Source of the DNA: the human T2T-CHM13v2.0 reference genome, Homo sapiens
DNA: 64,000 nt
NCBI RefSeq assembly: GCF_009914755.1
Contig: NC_060937.1
Direction: 5' to 3' (one strand)
This document shows positions 19,089 to 35,348 of the stretch, in pieces (within the stretch, counting starts at the first letter, position 1; each line of letters starts with the position of its first letter). The notes beneath the pieces were generated by a model. It did not search any database. It had not been told where the DNA came from and saw only the letters and a list, made by a program, of their open reading frames with translations. Made by a program: the position numbers and the translations under genes.

Positions 19089-19163
19089 ATGGCGAATGCC
19101 CCTCCCCCAGCCTCACTGCTGCCTTGCAGTTCGATCTCAGACTGCTGTGCTAGCAGTGAGTGA
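19089..19163 (+). pseudogene. L1 ORF0 remnant in the antisense-promoter region, truncated at codon 25
   Basis: ATG at 19089 gives MANAPPPASLLPCSSISDCCASSE*, matching the ORF0 N-terminus (MAGAPPPASLPPCSLISDCCAS). TGA at 19161-63 lies where a CGA codon is expected. Confidence 0.85.
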
Positions 19164-19494
19164 GGCTCCGTGGGTGTGGGACCCGCTGAGCCAGGTGCGG
19201 GATATAATCTCCTGGTGTGCCGTTTGCTAAGACCTTTGGAAAAGCACAGTAGCAGGGTGGGAGCGTCCTGATTTTCCAGGTACTGTCTGTCATGGCTTCC
19301 CTTGGCTAGGAGAGGGAATTCCCCAACGCCTTGCACTTCCCGGGTGAGGTGATGCCCTGCCCTGCTCCATGGGCTGCACCCACTGTCCGACAAGCCCCAG
19401 TGAGATGAACCCGGTACCTCAGTTGGAAATGCAGAAATCACCCGTGTTCTGCGTCGCTCATGCTGGGAGCTCTAGACTGGAGCTGTTCCTATTT

Positions 19495-19504
19495 GGCCAT
19501 CTTG
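19495..19504 (-). promoter_or_regulatory. YY1 site of the L1 5'UTR (CAAGATGGCC)
   Basis: ggccatcttg on the + strand at the L1 5' end. Confidence 0.85.
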
Positions 19505-19736
19505 AAGAGGGATCTTCAGTTAAATTCTTAAGTATTTTTGCTGATGGAAGGAAAGCCAGTGCATGATTACCACAAAAGGGCTGAATATGTTCACCTGCCT
19601 CTTCTCTACCTGATATAACCCCAACTGACTTTTAAAAAGTTGCAAAAATTTAGTTGGGGTTATATGAGGTAGAGAGGAGACAGGTGGACATATTCACCGC
19701 TTTCTATAGTAGTCTAACCCTAAATTACACTTCCAT

Positions 19737-21220
19737 CTCTGTCAGCTAGGGTTTGATTAAAGAAGCAAAATTATTGTGTTTAAGAGATTTATTACAGTGA
19801 TTGATATATATATTTTTAACGAATTGTAGGAAGCGTTTGTATGCTTCTGAGTCTGGTGCTAGACTTGAAGTTGTTAGGGCTGGCAGTTGGGAAGGGACGA
19901 TAGACATGAAGTGGGGGAGATCATGGTTAAGCTGGAACCTACAGAGATTTGGAAGTCATGGAAGTGAGCTGACCCATAAGCTCAAACTTGAACCTGCATT
20001 GTTGTCTCACTGCTTCTGAACCTGCAACTTTGATGATGTGGGCAGTAGATATGGCACACTTTACCATGGAACTGCACACAAACTGGTCCCAGGATTATTT
20101 GGAGAAGTTGGAGAACGAGATTTGATAGGCACTGGAGGAGCTGTGAGCCCAGTTGCTACCCTGTGCCACCGAAGGTGAACCAAAAGATCTATGACAACAT
20201 GTGAGAAAGTGGCAATGCTTATCTTATGTTGACCTAGTGAACACAAATGTGGCTACTGCTTCACTTTTGTCTTCTAAATTTCATGGAAATTTCTTTTGAG
20301 GCGAACCCTAACTCACACCCATTCATGGAAAAGAATTTAGAGAAGGGTAGTTGCTACCTAGCTAGGTTGATACAATACAAAGCCATCACAGTTCACCCTC
20401 TTGTCATACACACCTCTTTTAATCATATTTAATTTGCAAATAAAGGTGGTTGGAAAATTGTACTTTTGCTGTGCATAATGCAACTATCCTTAGTTCAAAT
20501 AACACATAAATCCTCTCCTTAAGAGAGGCTCCAAATCCCTTTATCCGTTGTTGGATTAATTTTTCTTTTACCTAAGTCACATTTTGTATTTAATTTAAAT
20601 ACTGAAATATGAGGCTAGCTACTATTAGATTGTTGTAGAAAAGGTGAGAAAAGAATAAATTGGTTAATTATATACAGAGATTTTTTTTTTTACATTAAGA
20701 GGAAAATACTTATTAGAGTTCTTACTTCTGCATCAAGTTATGTGCTTGTAGTTGTTATCTGTAATTACCTTCTTCCACTGCCATTCCATGTTCCCTCTGT
20801 CTTTGGCTAACAACTCAGTTAGTTGTGGTTTCTTGCCTGGTGGGGTGAACCAAGCTTGCTTGCTTGCTTTCATTCATTTATTCTGTAATTCTGGACCATT
20901 AGCAGTCTTGCCTGGATTGTTTCCACTGACTTTAACCATAGTCCATGGAAATAGTAAGTGGTGTCCCAGAGGAACTCCTACATTCCAGACATACTTTTTC
21001 TTAGCCCCCTTGTGTAGTAGCAACCCAGTTTCCCCTTGATAGTGAGATCAGTCACTCTAGTCAGTTCTGTAATCTTCATCTTTTGTTGGTCATGAAGAGT
21101 CCAAAGTGGCTGGGTGGCAGTCTCAGCTTACAGTAATGGAACCATTGCTGCATCCGTTGGTGGAAACATTCCTTCCTTGGGAACTGAGATCTCTAGCAGA
21201 GGCTAAAATTGTGGGGATGG
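19737..21220 (-). mobile_element. Degraded ERVL-type LTR plus internal remnant
   Basis: 'tgtcagctagggtttgatt' LTR-like start; ERVL-internal-like 'ttccactgccattccatgttccct...ggaaacattccttccttgggaactgagatctctag'. Highly diverged. Confidence 0.45.
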
Positions 21221-21994
21221 GAAGAAAAAAAGAAAAAAAAAAACAAAAAAATGAGAACACCTTTTTATGCTAATGGCAATAAAATTTAATAGAGGAAAAA
21301 AGTTGATGGAGGCAGGAAAGAGATGATAGAATTGCTGGAGCAATGTCCTGCAGTAGGAAAAGATTAACTAGTGTAAGAGTTGGCTTATTTAAGAGCACTG
21401 AGAATTTCTTGTAACATGAAGAGATGGTAGAGTATATGGGCATAGATGCATATAAGCTGGCAGATGATGTGGTGTGTCTTACGTATCAGTGGATTAGATC
21501 ATCAGTTGAGAATGACAGTGAGTTAATACAAATCAATGTAGGTACGTATAGGTAATACTTGGGAAGTTAAGGGAGCCCAATACAAAAATGTTGAAGACGT
21601 ATAAATAAGAAAGTGCATAATAAGTTAAGGGACAGGTTGCTGTTAGCGATTGAGTTCTAATTCTAATGATATTCTCTGAAAGACAATTTTGAGGATTAGA
21701 TAAAATACCCTATGTAAAGTGCTTAAGGTGTAATGTCTTGATGTATTCCAGTAAGTACTCAATAAATGTTAAGTATGATTGTTAGTAACACTAACAGTTA
21801 CTCTGATATTTTGCATTCCTAACCAAATGTTCATAATAATCCTGTAATACTGTGATCTTTTCCTTCTTACACTTGAGGAGATGGATAGAGTTGCTTAAAA
21901 GTTACCAATGTGCCAATGTTAGTAGTAGATCCAACATTTGAACCAAATTTTTTTTTTTTTGCTTTAAAAATCTAATTTTTTCCTTTGAGAGATA

Positions 21995-22210
21995 TATAGT
22001 GGTTAAAAATGTGGACTCTGGAACTTCACTGTGTTTGAGTCCTGGCTCTCCCCTTACTAGTTGTTCATCCTTGAGTGAATGATTTAACCTCTTTATGCCT
22101 CACTCTCTAGGAAAGAGATTACTTACCTCAGAGTTCTTGGTGAGGATGAAATGAATTAATACGTATTAAGTGGTTAGAATTTTGAGCACTGGGTAGGTAC
22201 TCAGTGTTAT
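21995..22210 (+). mobile_element. MIR
   Basis: 'tagtggttaaaaatgtggactctgga...gatttaacctctttatgcctca...gtgaggatgaaatga'. Confidence 0.65.
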
Positions 22211-22832
22211 TCCTCTCCTCTTAGTATTATACCATGCTGCCTTTAGTTCAAACCTTTTAAAACCTTTCTTATTGAAAAGTTTAAGTGAGGCTGAAATTAT
22301 CACTTTCCTTTTTAGAGCCATCTTTTTTTTTTTCATAAAGTAGTATTAATCTTTATGGTTTAAGTTCCCAAATATAATAATTATGAATTTTACTTATGTG
22401 AATTGATCACAAATAGGGGCATTTCAGTTTGGAGAAAAACTATCCCACAGGATTTTGTCTTTTTTGTTTTTCAACCTCCTTTCTAAGCGTTTTCTGCATA
22501 GTCATTCATTTCCATGGCTTCCCTTATATGTTACTCCCAAATCAGCATCTGATGTTTTACCTCATTTCTCATTTTCATTCACTGATTTGTTTTCTTCTTT
22601 CTTCAATTAGTCACTAAATTTACTTCTTTTATTATCCCAAACCCTTCTCTTCTCTATGCCTGTTGCTTTTGGTTTAGTTAAGGTCCTTATTATTATTTTT
22701 TCATTCATTAGTGTAGTAGCCTCCTAACTGGTCTCCCAATTCCAGTCTTGTCTTTTTCTACTCCATCCTTCAGTAATTGTTAAAACAGTTTCTGTGAAAG
22801 ACATTTGATCATTTTATTACTTTGGTTAAAAC

Positions 22833-23134
22833 TTTTTTTTTTTTTTTTTTTGGAGACCAGGTCTTGTTCTGTTGCCCAGACTGGAGTCCAGTGGCATGAT
22901 CTTGGCTCACTGCAGCCTCTGCCTCCTGGGCTCTAGTGATCTTCCTGCCTCAGCCTCCTGAGTAGCTGGGACTACAGGTGCGTGCCACCACTCCCTGCTA
23001 AGTTTTTGTATTTTTTGTAGATACGGGGTTTTACCTTGTTGCCCAGGCTGGTCTTGAACTCCTGGGCTCAAGTGATCCTTCCATCTCAGCCTCCCAAAGT
23101 GCTGGGATTACAAGCATGAGCCACGGTGCCTGGT
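22833..23134 (-). mobile_element. AluJ
   Basis: Full dimer with a T tract. Confidence 0.9.
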
Positions 23135-23382
23135 TCTCACTGCCCCCGCCCCCCTTTTTGTTAACTTCCCATTGTCTGCAAGAAAAAATAAGTTTGATCA
23201 TTCAGGGTTCCTGATACATCTGTCTCTGCTTCCCTCTCCAGCAGAATCTTTACTTTTCAACAGAATTTCTGAGTTCTGGCTATATGAAACTATTGAATAC
23301 TCTCATATTCAGTACTTTTAATTTCATATGAAATCTGCCTGGGTTTGTTCTGTTGGCAGACTTTCAGACTGTGCATCTTTTT

Positions 23383-23413
23383 TTTTTTTCCTTCACGTAG
23401 GCCATCCCTCAGG
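23383..23413 (-). mobile_element. Micro retro-insertion (24 nt plus poly(A)) with a 17-bp TSD
   Basis: agactgtgcatcttttt at 23366-23382 and 23414-23430, poly(T) on the left, TTT/AAAAA target on the - strand. Confidence 0.7.
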
Positions 23414-23449
23414 AGACTGTGCATCTTTTTAAAGATTTAACTGGTGTAA

Positions 23450-25939
<2,490 letters not shown>

Positions 25940-27358
25940 TAGTTTACTCATCTGTCTCAAATATTTATCTAATAATTAATTTCTTATGATGTATGAACCA
26001 GGCAAAGTAGATATTACTTATTGCCAGGTTTATTTTACAAACGTAAAAACGTTCAAAATGGTTGAGTGAGCTGTCTAAGGTGACAGTGGCTCAAGTCAAA
26101 ACATTTTGGCTGTTGACTCCAAATGTCAGGTTCTTTCCACTGTACCTACTCATGTGACTGATTTTCTTGTATCTTCCTCTTAATCCTGTTGGAAGTCTTG
26201 TGAATATTTCTCTGAGACTATTATTATTTAAAGTTCTCCAGTAGAGATTGATTGAGCTTAGTTGAGTTTGTCCCTTTTGTAACTTTTTCTTGATGTGTGT
26301 ACAAAGTAAACACAAGTTTATAAGTGGACAGGTTTGTGAATTTTTACATGCTTATGTAACCAGCATTCAGATCAAGAGACAACATCACCGACACCACAGA
26401 ACCACCTCCGTTGTGCCCCCTATCAATTATTATTACCCCAAGGGTAGCCACTATCCTGATTTTGTGATAGCATGTTTTGTCTATTTTATAACTTGATATA
26501 AATTGACTCATATCTATATATAGTTTGTTGTATCTGACTTATTTTGTTCAACATCATGTTTATGAGGTTTGTCTATCTTGTTGCATGTAGTAGAGTAAGC
26601 AGGGATACTCCTGGTACTTTTGTTATGAAATTCTTATACATTATTTTCAGTTACTCATCAGATAGTTTTTCATCAATTGCAAAATTATATTATCCAAAGC
26701 TGAATTGAGATTTGTGGGAATCAGAATTTTGATAGAGTGATTAGGAAGATCCCTGGTATACAAAAGTGAAATGTGCTATCATAATTTATTATATAAAGCA
26801 TGTGTATTGAATCATCAAGAATAGATGGCTCCTACTGGGATCGATTGTACTTTATTATATTTTGCCTTTTCTATAATTTTTAGTTGTGTCGTTTTTATAA
26901 TGAGTGAAGAGAAAGTCTGTACCCTTTAGAGACACTTATTGAACTTCTAGTCATCATGGTGTAATGAAGAGTGTGTGAATTTTGGAATTACATCTGGAAT
27001 TAAATTCCAGCTGTATCAAATACAAGTATTTTCACCATGTGAGCTCTGGACATGTTGCTTCTCTTAATAAGCATGGATATAAAATATCTCATGGTTGCTG
27101 GAAATATAAATCATAGAAAGTACATATAAGTAACTTATATAGTCCCTGGCAATAGGTGCTCTGTGAATTTTAGTTTTAATCTTTATTATGTGATTAGTGC
27201 AATAATTCATCAATCCAGAGTAGACTTTTGTTTTCAGAATATTGAAATTTTTTTATAGTGTCTAAATTCTTGCCTAAAGTCAAAGACTTCCTTGATACTA
27301 TGAAACATAGCTATATGTTGGGTTTTGGAAATACATCAAGATGCTAAGCTAGAAGTGA

Positions 27359-27690
<332 letters not shown>

Positions 27691-29186
27691 TAAAATTTTT
27701 TTATACTTTAAAAACACGAATGGGATCATACTATGGATACTATTTTGCCTTTTCAATTTAGTGATGCATTTTGGATTTTGAGCCAGCACATAAAATGCTT
27801 CACCATTTTATGATGTTACCAAGAAATATATAACTTTTCTATTGAAGGACATGTAGGTATTTTCAGTATTTTGCTATTATGCCTATGTCTGCATATAAAT
27901 ACAAGAAAATGTAGCCCGAGTTGCCATTGTCTGATTTCTAATCCAAGGGAATTGGACAGAAATTGGGCCAAGAACATTGTTGGAACCATGCTGAAGCCTT
28001 CTCTACCTTGGGATTATTTATTTACCTGAGACAATATAGCCTTTTAAAAAAAAATCTGTTTAAGGTAGTTGAACTGCAAAATTTTGTTCCTTAACAATTC
28101 AAGAATCCTAACATATTGCGAACACTCTCATTTTTCAGTTGTCCTAGTGGAAATGCCCTAGTGTTTGTAAGTTTACTGTTTATTTCTGAAAAGTAGTATT
28201 TATCATAGTAAAGAATTTTCCTTCTTTTCCTGATTTTCTCTAAGGGATTAAAGTCAGGAATAATGAACAGTTTAATTTAGATGATCCTGTGCATTTTCTT
28301 CTTTTACCTATTAATGTAATTCATCTATTAATAGTTTCTCTGACGTTGACAGTCTTTGCGTAGAGAACTCATATGCAAAAGAGAGCTCTCCCAGTAGTGA
28401 GACAGTGAAATCATGTCCATATTATGTGTCTCATCCAAAATTCTGAGCTACGGTCAGACCACCTCTGAATAAATAACCTCTGGCTAGAAGAATTGCCGTA
28501 TCCCAATCAGCTTAAATCTGTTTTATCCTAAGCCATTTATTTAATATAATCTAGGGCGATGAAATTATCCTGTCTTGGCCACCAGTTAGCACCTACTTAC
28601 AGAGTTGCTTGTTAGTACTTCCCTAAATTTTATTGTAGTTACATTATCAGAGAGAGAGGTGTAATGATTGTGGGAGAGGCAGCCACATACATATCTACAA
28701 CACAGACATACTGTTTTGGATATCTTGGGAACAGAACAATATGACATAAATAAGATATGTAAATATTGGAAAGGAAGAGACCACTGTGGCAAATGCTGTT
28801 TTTATTCAGTAGCTATTCTCCCACTTGTTTCTTGCACATATAACTCAAGATTTTTTACAGGTATTCAGGGCCCGTTTGATTCAGAGGAGGCTGGTCCCTG
28901 TGAACCCTAAGGGTTAAAGAAGAGTAGTTTAAACCAGCTGTGCCATTTCTGTTTCCCTTGCTGTTATCTGGCTTAATAATGGCATTACCTGTTTCAGTTT
29001 TTGCTAATTCAGTGGGTGTAAAATCCTCAATGTGGTCCTAATTTGTATTCCTCTTATTACAAATGAGAGGGGTACAACATGTCAAGTGTTTATTGGATAT
29101 TTCTTCTTTTGCAGTGTGCTGCTAATCTTACTGTTGGGTTGTGTTTTTCATCATTATGTATGTTCTTTATATATTCTGATTACTAA

Positions 29187-29550
29187 CTTAGTCCCATGGT
29201 GCTGCTATAACAAAATACCTAAGGCCAGGTAATTTTTTATAAAGAGCAGAAATTTATTTCTCACAGTTCTGGAGGCTGGGAAGTCCAAGATGAAGGCACT
29301 AGCAGGTTGTGTAGTCTGGTAAGGGCTGCATCCTCCAGAGGTGAATGATGCTGTGTTCTCATATGGTGGAAGGAAGGCGGAAGGGCCAGATAGCCAAACG
29401 CTGGCTGCCAGGAGCTGCTTTTTTAAGGGCCTAATCCTGTTCATAAGGGAGGAGCCCTCGTGGCCTAAGCACTCAGGCCCCAGCCTCTCAATACTACTAT
29501 AACATTGGTTGTTAAGTTTCAACACAAGAATTTTGGAGGGGACACATTCT
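29187..29550 (-). mobile_element. MaLR LTR (MST/MLT1A-like)
   Basis: 'gctgctataacaaaatacc...aatttatttctcacagttctggaggctgggaagtccaagatgaagg...ggaggggacacattc'. Confidence 0.8.
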
Positions 29551-29603
29551 ACTAACTTGAATTCACTAACTTTAAAAAAAAATCAGTTTTGTGAGTTACA
29601 GAT

Positions 29604-29915
29604 ACAATGGTCCTACCCGAGGTTTTGCTTTCAGTGATTTCAGTTACCAGTGGTCAACCATGGTCTGAAAATACTAAATGGAAAATTGTTATAATTAAAC
29701 AATTGCTGTTTTAAGGTGCCCACTGTTCTGAGTGGTATGATGAAATCACTTGCTATTCTGCTCCATCCTGTCCAGGATGTGAATTATTCCTTTGTCCAGT
29801 TACCCGTCCAGTGTAATACTACTGGCCCATTACTGTGTAGAAAAAAAAAAATGTGTATATAGGGTTCAGTAGTATATGTTTTGGGCATCCACTGGTGGTC
29901 CTGGAGAAGGTCACA
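29604..29915. mobile_element. MER44-type Tigger derivative
   Basis: 'ggttttgctttcagtgatttcagttaccagtggtcaaccatggtctgaaaatactaaatggaaaatt'. Confidence 0.7.
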
Positions 29916-30555
29916 TACCTTCTCCCTAGTTTCTCCTTTGTTGAAGTTAATAATTTTACTTTTTTTGGTGTCTTGTGAAAAACAGATAGTCTTAATGTAG
30001 TAAGATCTTTTATGGTTTATATGGGCATTCATGTATTTATTTATATTTACTTTTGTTTAAGAAGTCATCTCTTCAAACTTGGGTAATTAAAATAGTTTCC
30101 TGCTTTAAAGCTTTGTCTTTCATCTCAGTCCACTGGGGTTGCTTTTTTTCTTTTTTCCCCACCAGTAGTGGAACAGGGATTGATACTTACTTTTTGCCAT
30201 ATGGATAGTTGTCACAACCTCATTTTTTAGAGTCCATCTTTTCTGCAGTGATGTGCAGAACGAACTCTCATAGTCAAGTTTCCATATACATGTGAGTCTG
30301 TTTCTGGACTCAATTCTGTTTTGCAGCCTAATTGTCTATCTTCACCGTCATACCACACTTCCTTAATTATTACAGCTTTATACAAGTCTCACTGTCTGGC
30401 AGGGCAAATACCCCTACCCTGTATTTCAGAAGTTGTTTGGCTGTTTGCATGTCTAAATGATTTAAAAATTTGGTGGTAAGGTCTTTGAGGTACCCTGTTG
30501 GGGGAGAGTTGACATCTTTATGATATTGAGCATCTTTATGATATAGACATAGTAG

Positions 30556-31071
30556 AGTTACATGTCACTTAACAACAGGGGTACATTCTGAGAGATGCTT
30601 TGTTAGGCAATTTCTTCACTATGTGAACATGGCAGGGTGTACATAGGCTATACGGTGTAGCCTGTTGCTCCTAGGCCACAAATCTGTACAGCATGTTACT
30701 GTTCTGAATATCATAGGCAATTGTAACACAATGGTATTTGCATATCTAAACATACAAAAGGTACAGTAAAAATATGATGGATAAAAAATGTAGAGCACTT
30801 ACCATGAATAGAACTTGCAGGACTAGAAATTTCTCTGGGTGATGCAGTGAGTGAGTGGTGAGCGAATGTGAAGGCCTAGAACATTACTGTACACTACCAT
30901 AGATTTTATAAACACTGTACAATTAGGCTATGTTAAATTTATTTCAAAAAATAAAGTATGATATCATGATGGTTTATGATGTCACAAGATGATAGGAATT
31001 TTCCAGCTCTATTATAATCTTATGAGACCACCGTTATATATGGTTTGTTGTTGACTGAAACATTACGTGGC
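30556..31071 (+). mobile_element. Tigger3 derivative (3b/3c-like)
   Basis: 'acattctgagagatgctttgttaggcaattt...gctcctaggccacaaatctgtacagcatgttactg...gtgagtgagtggtgagcgaatgtgaaggcctag'. Confidence 0.78.
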
Positions 31072-31125
31072 CCCCAAAATGTAATAATTTTCTCCACATA
31101 GGTCTGAGACATCTTTGGTTAAACA

Positions 31126-31421
<296 letters not shown>

Positions 31422-31704
31422 CTGGTTAGATTTTTAAAATGTATCTTATAATAAACTTTTTTGTTTAAAATTACATTTTCAGCTGCTTTGGCTGGTATGT
31501 GGAAATGAAACAGATTTTTTTGGTCCACCTTGCTAAGTTTTAATGTTCACAATACTAATGTTTTGAGTTTCTGTATAGACAGTACTATCACCTGCAAATA
31601 ATGAGACTGTGGTTTCTTTCCAATCCTTATGTTGTTGATTTCTTTTTCTTTTCTTAGTATGCTGGCCAGGGTCCTTTGGTAACTGTTAAAAAGTGGTAGT
31701 GATA

Positions 31705-31997
31705 GCACGGTGGCTCACGCCTGTAATCCCAGCACTTTGGGAGGCCGAGGCGGGCGGATCACGAGGTCAGGAGATCGAGACCATCCTGTAAATGGTGAAA
31801 CCCCATCTCTACTAAAAATACAAAAGATTAGCTGGGTGTGGTGGCAGGTGCCTGTAGTCCCAGCAGCTACTTGGCAGGCTGAGGCGGGAGAATGGCGTGA
31901 ACCCAGGAGGCAGAGCTTACAGTGAGCCGAGATTGTGCCACTGCACTCCAGCCTGGGCGACAGAGCGAGACTCCGTCTCAAAAAAAAAAAAAAAAAA
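31705..31997 (+). mobile_element. AluY, slightly 5'-truncated
   Basis: TSD aaaaagtggtagtgata on both sides. Confidence 0.93.
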
Positions 31998-32503
31998 GTG
32001 GTAGTGATAACGGGATTCTGATTGTTTCTAGCTTTAGAGGAAATGCTTGATGTGTTTCAACATGAAGAATGGTGGTGTTAGTTTTGGGTAGATAACCTTT
32101 GTCAGGTAAAGCTTTTCTTTTTATTGTTATTTTTAACAAATGGGTACTGATTTCTACATTTGTTGACATAGTTTTCTTCTTTCTATCTGGTGATGTGGTG
32201 AATAATAAATTTTTCTGATAATAAACCAACCTTGCATTATTAGAGTAAACCAAGCTTGGTTGGGATATAGCTACACTGGCCAACATAGTAACCACTAGCC
32301 ACATTTCAAGTGCTAATTGTGGTTATGGCTATAATGGAAAAACAGAAATTACAGAACATTTCCATTATTGTGGAAAATTCTGTTAGTGCTGTGGTAGAGT
32401 TGTCTTTTTAAATACATTGCTGAAGTTATCTGGCTAATCTGTGTATGTATGTTTATGAGTTTTCATGTCAAACTTATACTTGTTTCATTGAAAGAGATGG
32501 AAT

Positions 32504-32795
32504 GGCTGGGTGCGGTGGCTCACGCCTGTAATCCCAGCACTCTGGGAGGCCAAGGCAGACAGATCACTTGAGCTCAGGAGTTTGAGAGCAGCCTGGGCAA
32601 TATGGCAAAATTTTGTCCCTACAAAAAATAAAAAAATTGGCTGGGCGTGGTGGTGTGTTCCTGTAGCAATCTCAGCTACTCTGGAGGCTGAGGTGGGATG
32701 ATTGCTTGAGCCTGGGAGGCAGAGGTTGCAGTGAGCCAGTATTTTGCCACTGCGCTCCAGCCTGGGTGACAGAGCAAGACCCTGTCTCAAAAAAA
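32504..32795 (+). mobile_element. AluJ
   Basis: 'cttgagctcaggagttt' and 'gcaagaccctgtctc'. Confidence 0.9.
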
Positions 32796-33045
32796 AGAGG
32801 AGAAGGTGGAAAGTATTCTCTTTGTTTCTGTGTTCTGGAATCGTTTGTGTAAGATGGAGACAGTTCTTCCAAAATTTGGAACAGCTCATCAAGCCTGATG
32901 TTTCTTTTTGGGAAGATTTTAACTTAGTTTCTTTAATGATTACTGCTCTATTCAGGTTTTACATTTCTTCTTGAATAATTTTTTGTTAATTACATTTTTT
33001 TTCTAGGAAATAACATCTAAAATAGCACATTTATTGGCATAAAGC

Positions 33046-33249
33046 AGGACTCAGCAAACTATGGCCTGTCACAGGCTGCCTGCCTCTTTTTCTAAATAAA
33101 ATCTTGCTGGAATATAGCCACACCTAATCATATTGTCTGGTTGCTTTAGTGCTATAAATGCAGAGATGAGTAGTTATGACAGAAGGTATGAGCCCCAAGC
33201 CAAAAACATTTACTGTCTGGTCTTTTAAGAAAAAGTTTGCCAGTCTCTG
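33046..33249. mobile_element. MER58A (hAT-Charlie)
   Basis: 'cagcaaactatggcctg...aaataaaatcttgctggaatatagcca...aaaaagtttgccagtctctg'. Confidence 0.75.
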
Positions 33250-34151
33250 GTTTGAACTATTCTTTATCTATCATTCTTTCAATATTTCTTTTAATCTCTG
33301 TATTTAACATCTCATTTTTTTTCCCTAATGTTAATCTCTTTTTTTCTATTCTTGATCAGCGTCACCAGAGACCTGCTAATTTTGGGCTATTTAGATGCAT
33401 TCTCTTATTTAATTAACTAATTTCCACTCTTTTTTATCTTCTTTCTCTGTTCTTTGATTTCATTCTCATTTTATTCTTCATTTCTTTTCCTGGCTTAAGT
33501 TTGATGCTTAGCTTATTTGTATTAAACTTTCTTCTTTTCAGTATAAACATTTAAGGCTAGAAATTTCCCTTTCTATACCACTTTTCCTAATTCCTACAAG
33601 TTTTATATGTATTATTTTCTTTACTATTCAATTATAATTATTTGAGTGTTTTTACATTTCCTAACATATGGAAATGACTTTCTTTTTTTTTACTGACTTG
33701 ATTACATTTTAGTCAGGAATATGTGGTGGGTGAGATTTGGATTATTTTTAATTTGTTGAGACATGGGTTAAGTACCAGATTGTCATTAGTTTTTGTAAAT
33801 GTTATATGTGTGCTTGAAAAGACTGTGTAAGGGTACAAAGCTCTATAAATGACCAACAAAACGTACTTGTTAATTACCTTGTTTAAGTCTTCTTATGTCT
33901 TTACTAGTTTTTCTAGTATATAATCTATCAGTAGTGGAAAAGATGTGTTAAAACTTGTACTGTGCCGGTGGACATGTTGGTTTGTCCCTCCGGGTCTATC
34001 AGTTTTTATTATTTTCATATTGTTTAATAGCTGATATAAATTAATTTTTTTCTGATAATTTGAATCTTTTAATCATTTTGTGATGGCTTCTGTATGTGTT
34101 AAAATTCTTTGTTTTTAAAAATTTGTTTGGTCTGATGAGAATGTAGGTGCC

Positions 34152-34965
34152 TGTTACAACCCATTGAGGTTCTTGCCTGCTGCAGAGAAAAAACCAATAT
34201 GCTGAGGCAACAGGTATTGCAGCAGAGAAAGAGTTTAGTCGCAGGGCAGCTGAGTCAGGGGAATGGGAGATAGTTCTTAAATCTGCCTTGCCAAGAATTT
34301 GGAGACTAGGGTTTTTAAGGGTGGTTTGGCAGGCAGGCAGGGGTCTAGGGAACGAGTTCTGCTGATTGGTTTGGTTGGAAATGAAATCACAGGGATGTCA
34401 ACTGTTTTCGTGTGCTGAATCAGTTCCTGGGTGAGGGTTACAGGACCAGTTTAGTCATTTTCTTGGTATGGGTCACCAGCCCTGTGTGGCATCAGTTGGT
34501 AGAACAGAATTCAAAGTCTGAAAAATATCTCAAACACTAGTTTTAGGTTTCATAGTAGTGATGTTATCTATAAGAGCAATTGGAGAAGTTACACATCTTG
34601 TGACCACTGGCTACATGATTCCTGATCAGCAAGTAATTATAAAAAAGGGGGCTAGGGGACAATGACTGGTTACTGTTTATCCTTATATCTTAGTAGAATT
34701 GAGGCCCCTACCATAATTCTAAGCTTGTGGCCTTGTGTTCGTTATACAAAGTCGGTTTTAGTCCCTCAACAAGGAGGGGTGGATTAGTCTTGGGAAGGGA
34801 CTATTATCCTCCTTGCTTTAAAGTTAAACTATAAACATAGTAACATCGTTAGTCTGACCTATGTATAGGAATAAGCAAAGGCAATTAGCTTGTGAGGTTA
34901 GAAGCAAGATGGAGTCAGTTATGTTAGATTTCTCTCACTGTTATAATTTCGCAAGGCAGGTTTCA
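34152..34965 (-). mobile_element. ERV1 solo LTR, LTR8 family (LTR8A/8B-like)
   Basis: TG...CA termini. The - strand begins TGAAACCTGCCTTGCGAAATTATAACAGTGAGAGAAATCTAACATAACTGACTCCATCTTGCTTCTAACC. Imperfect 4-bp TSD tgcc/tacc. Confidence 0.8.
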
Positions 34966-35127
34966 TACCCACCTTTCTGATTGTTATAAATTTCATTTTC
35001 TTTTTGCCCTATTTTTCCCTTTTCTTTGCTTGCATTTTTTTTTTTAGTTTTAAAAAAAGTTTAGTTACTTTCATTTTTCCACAATCCATTTCTTTTTTCT
35101 TTCTGTTAGGGAAATTACAGTTTATAA

Positions 35128-35348
<221 letters not shown>

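Noticed and set aside
28330-28600. Complex unique-looking stretch with several CpGs, considered as an ncRNA or NUMT
   Set aside because: No tRNA/snRNA/snoRNA or mitochondrial motifs recognised; the minus-strand 'gaggtggtctgacc' suggests an old CR1/L3 remnant. Not supportable further by eye.
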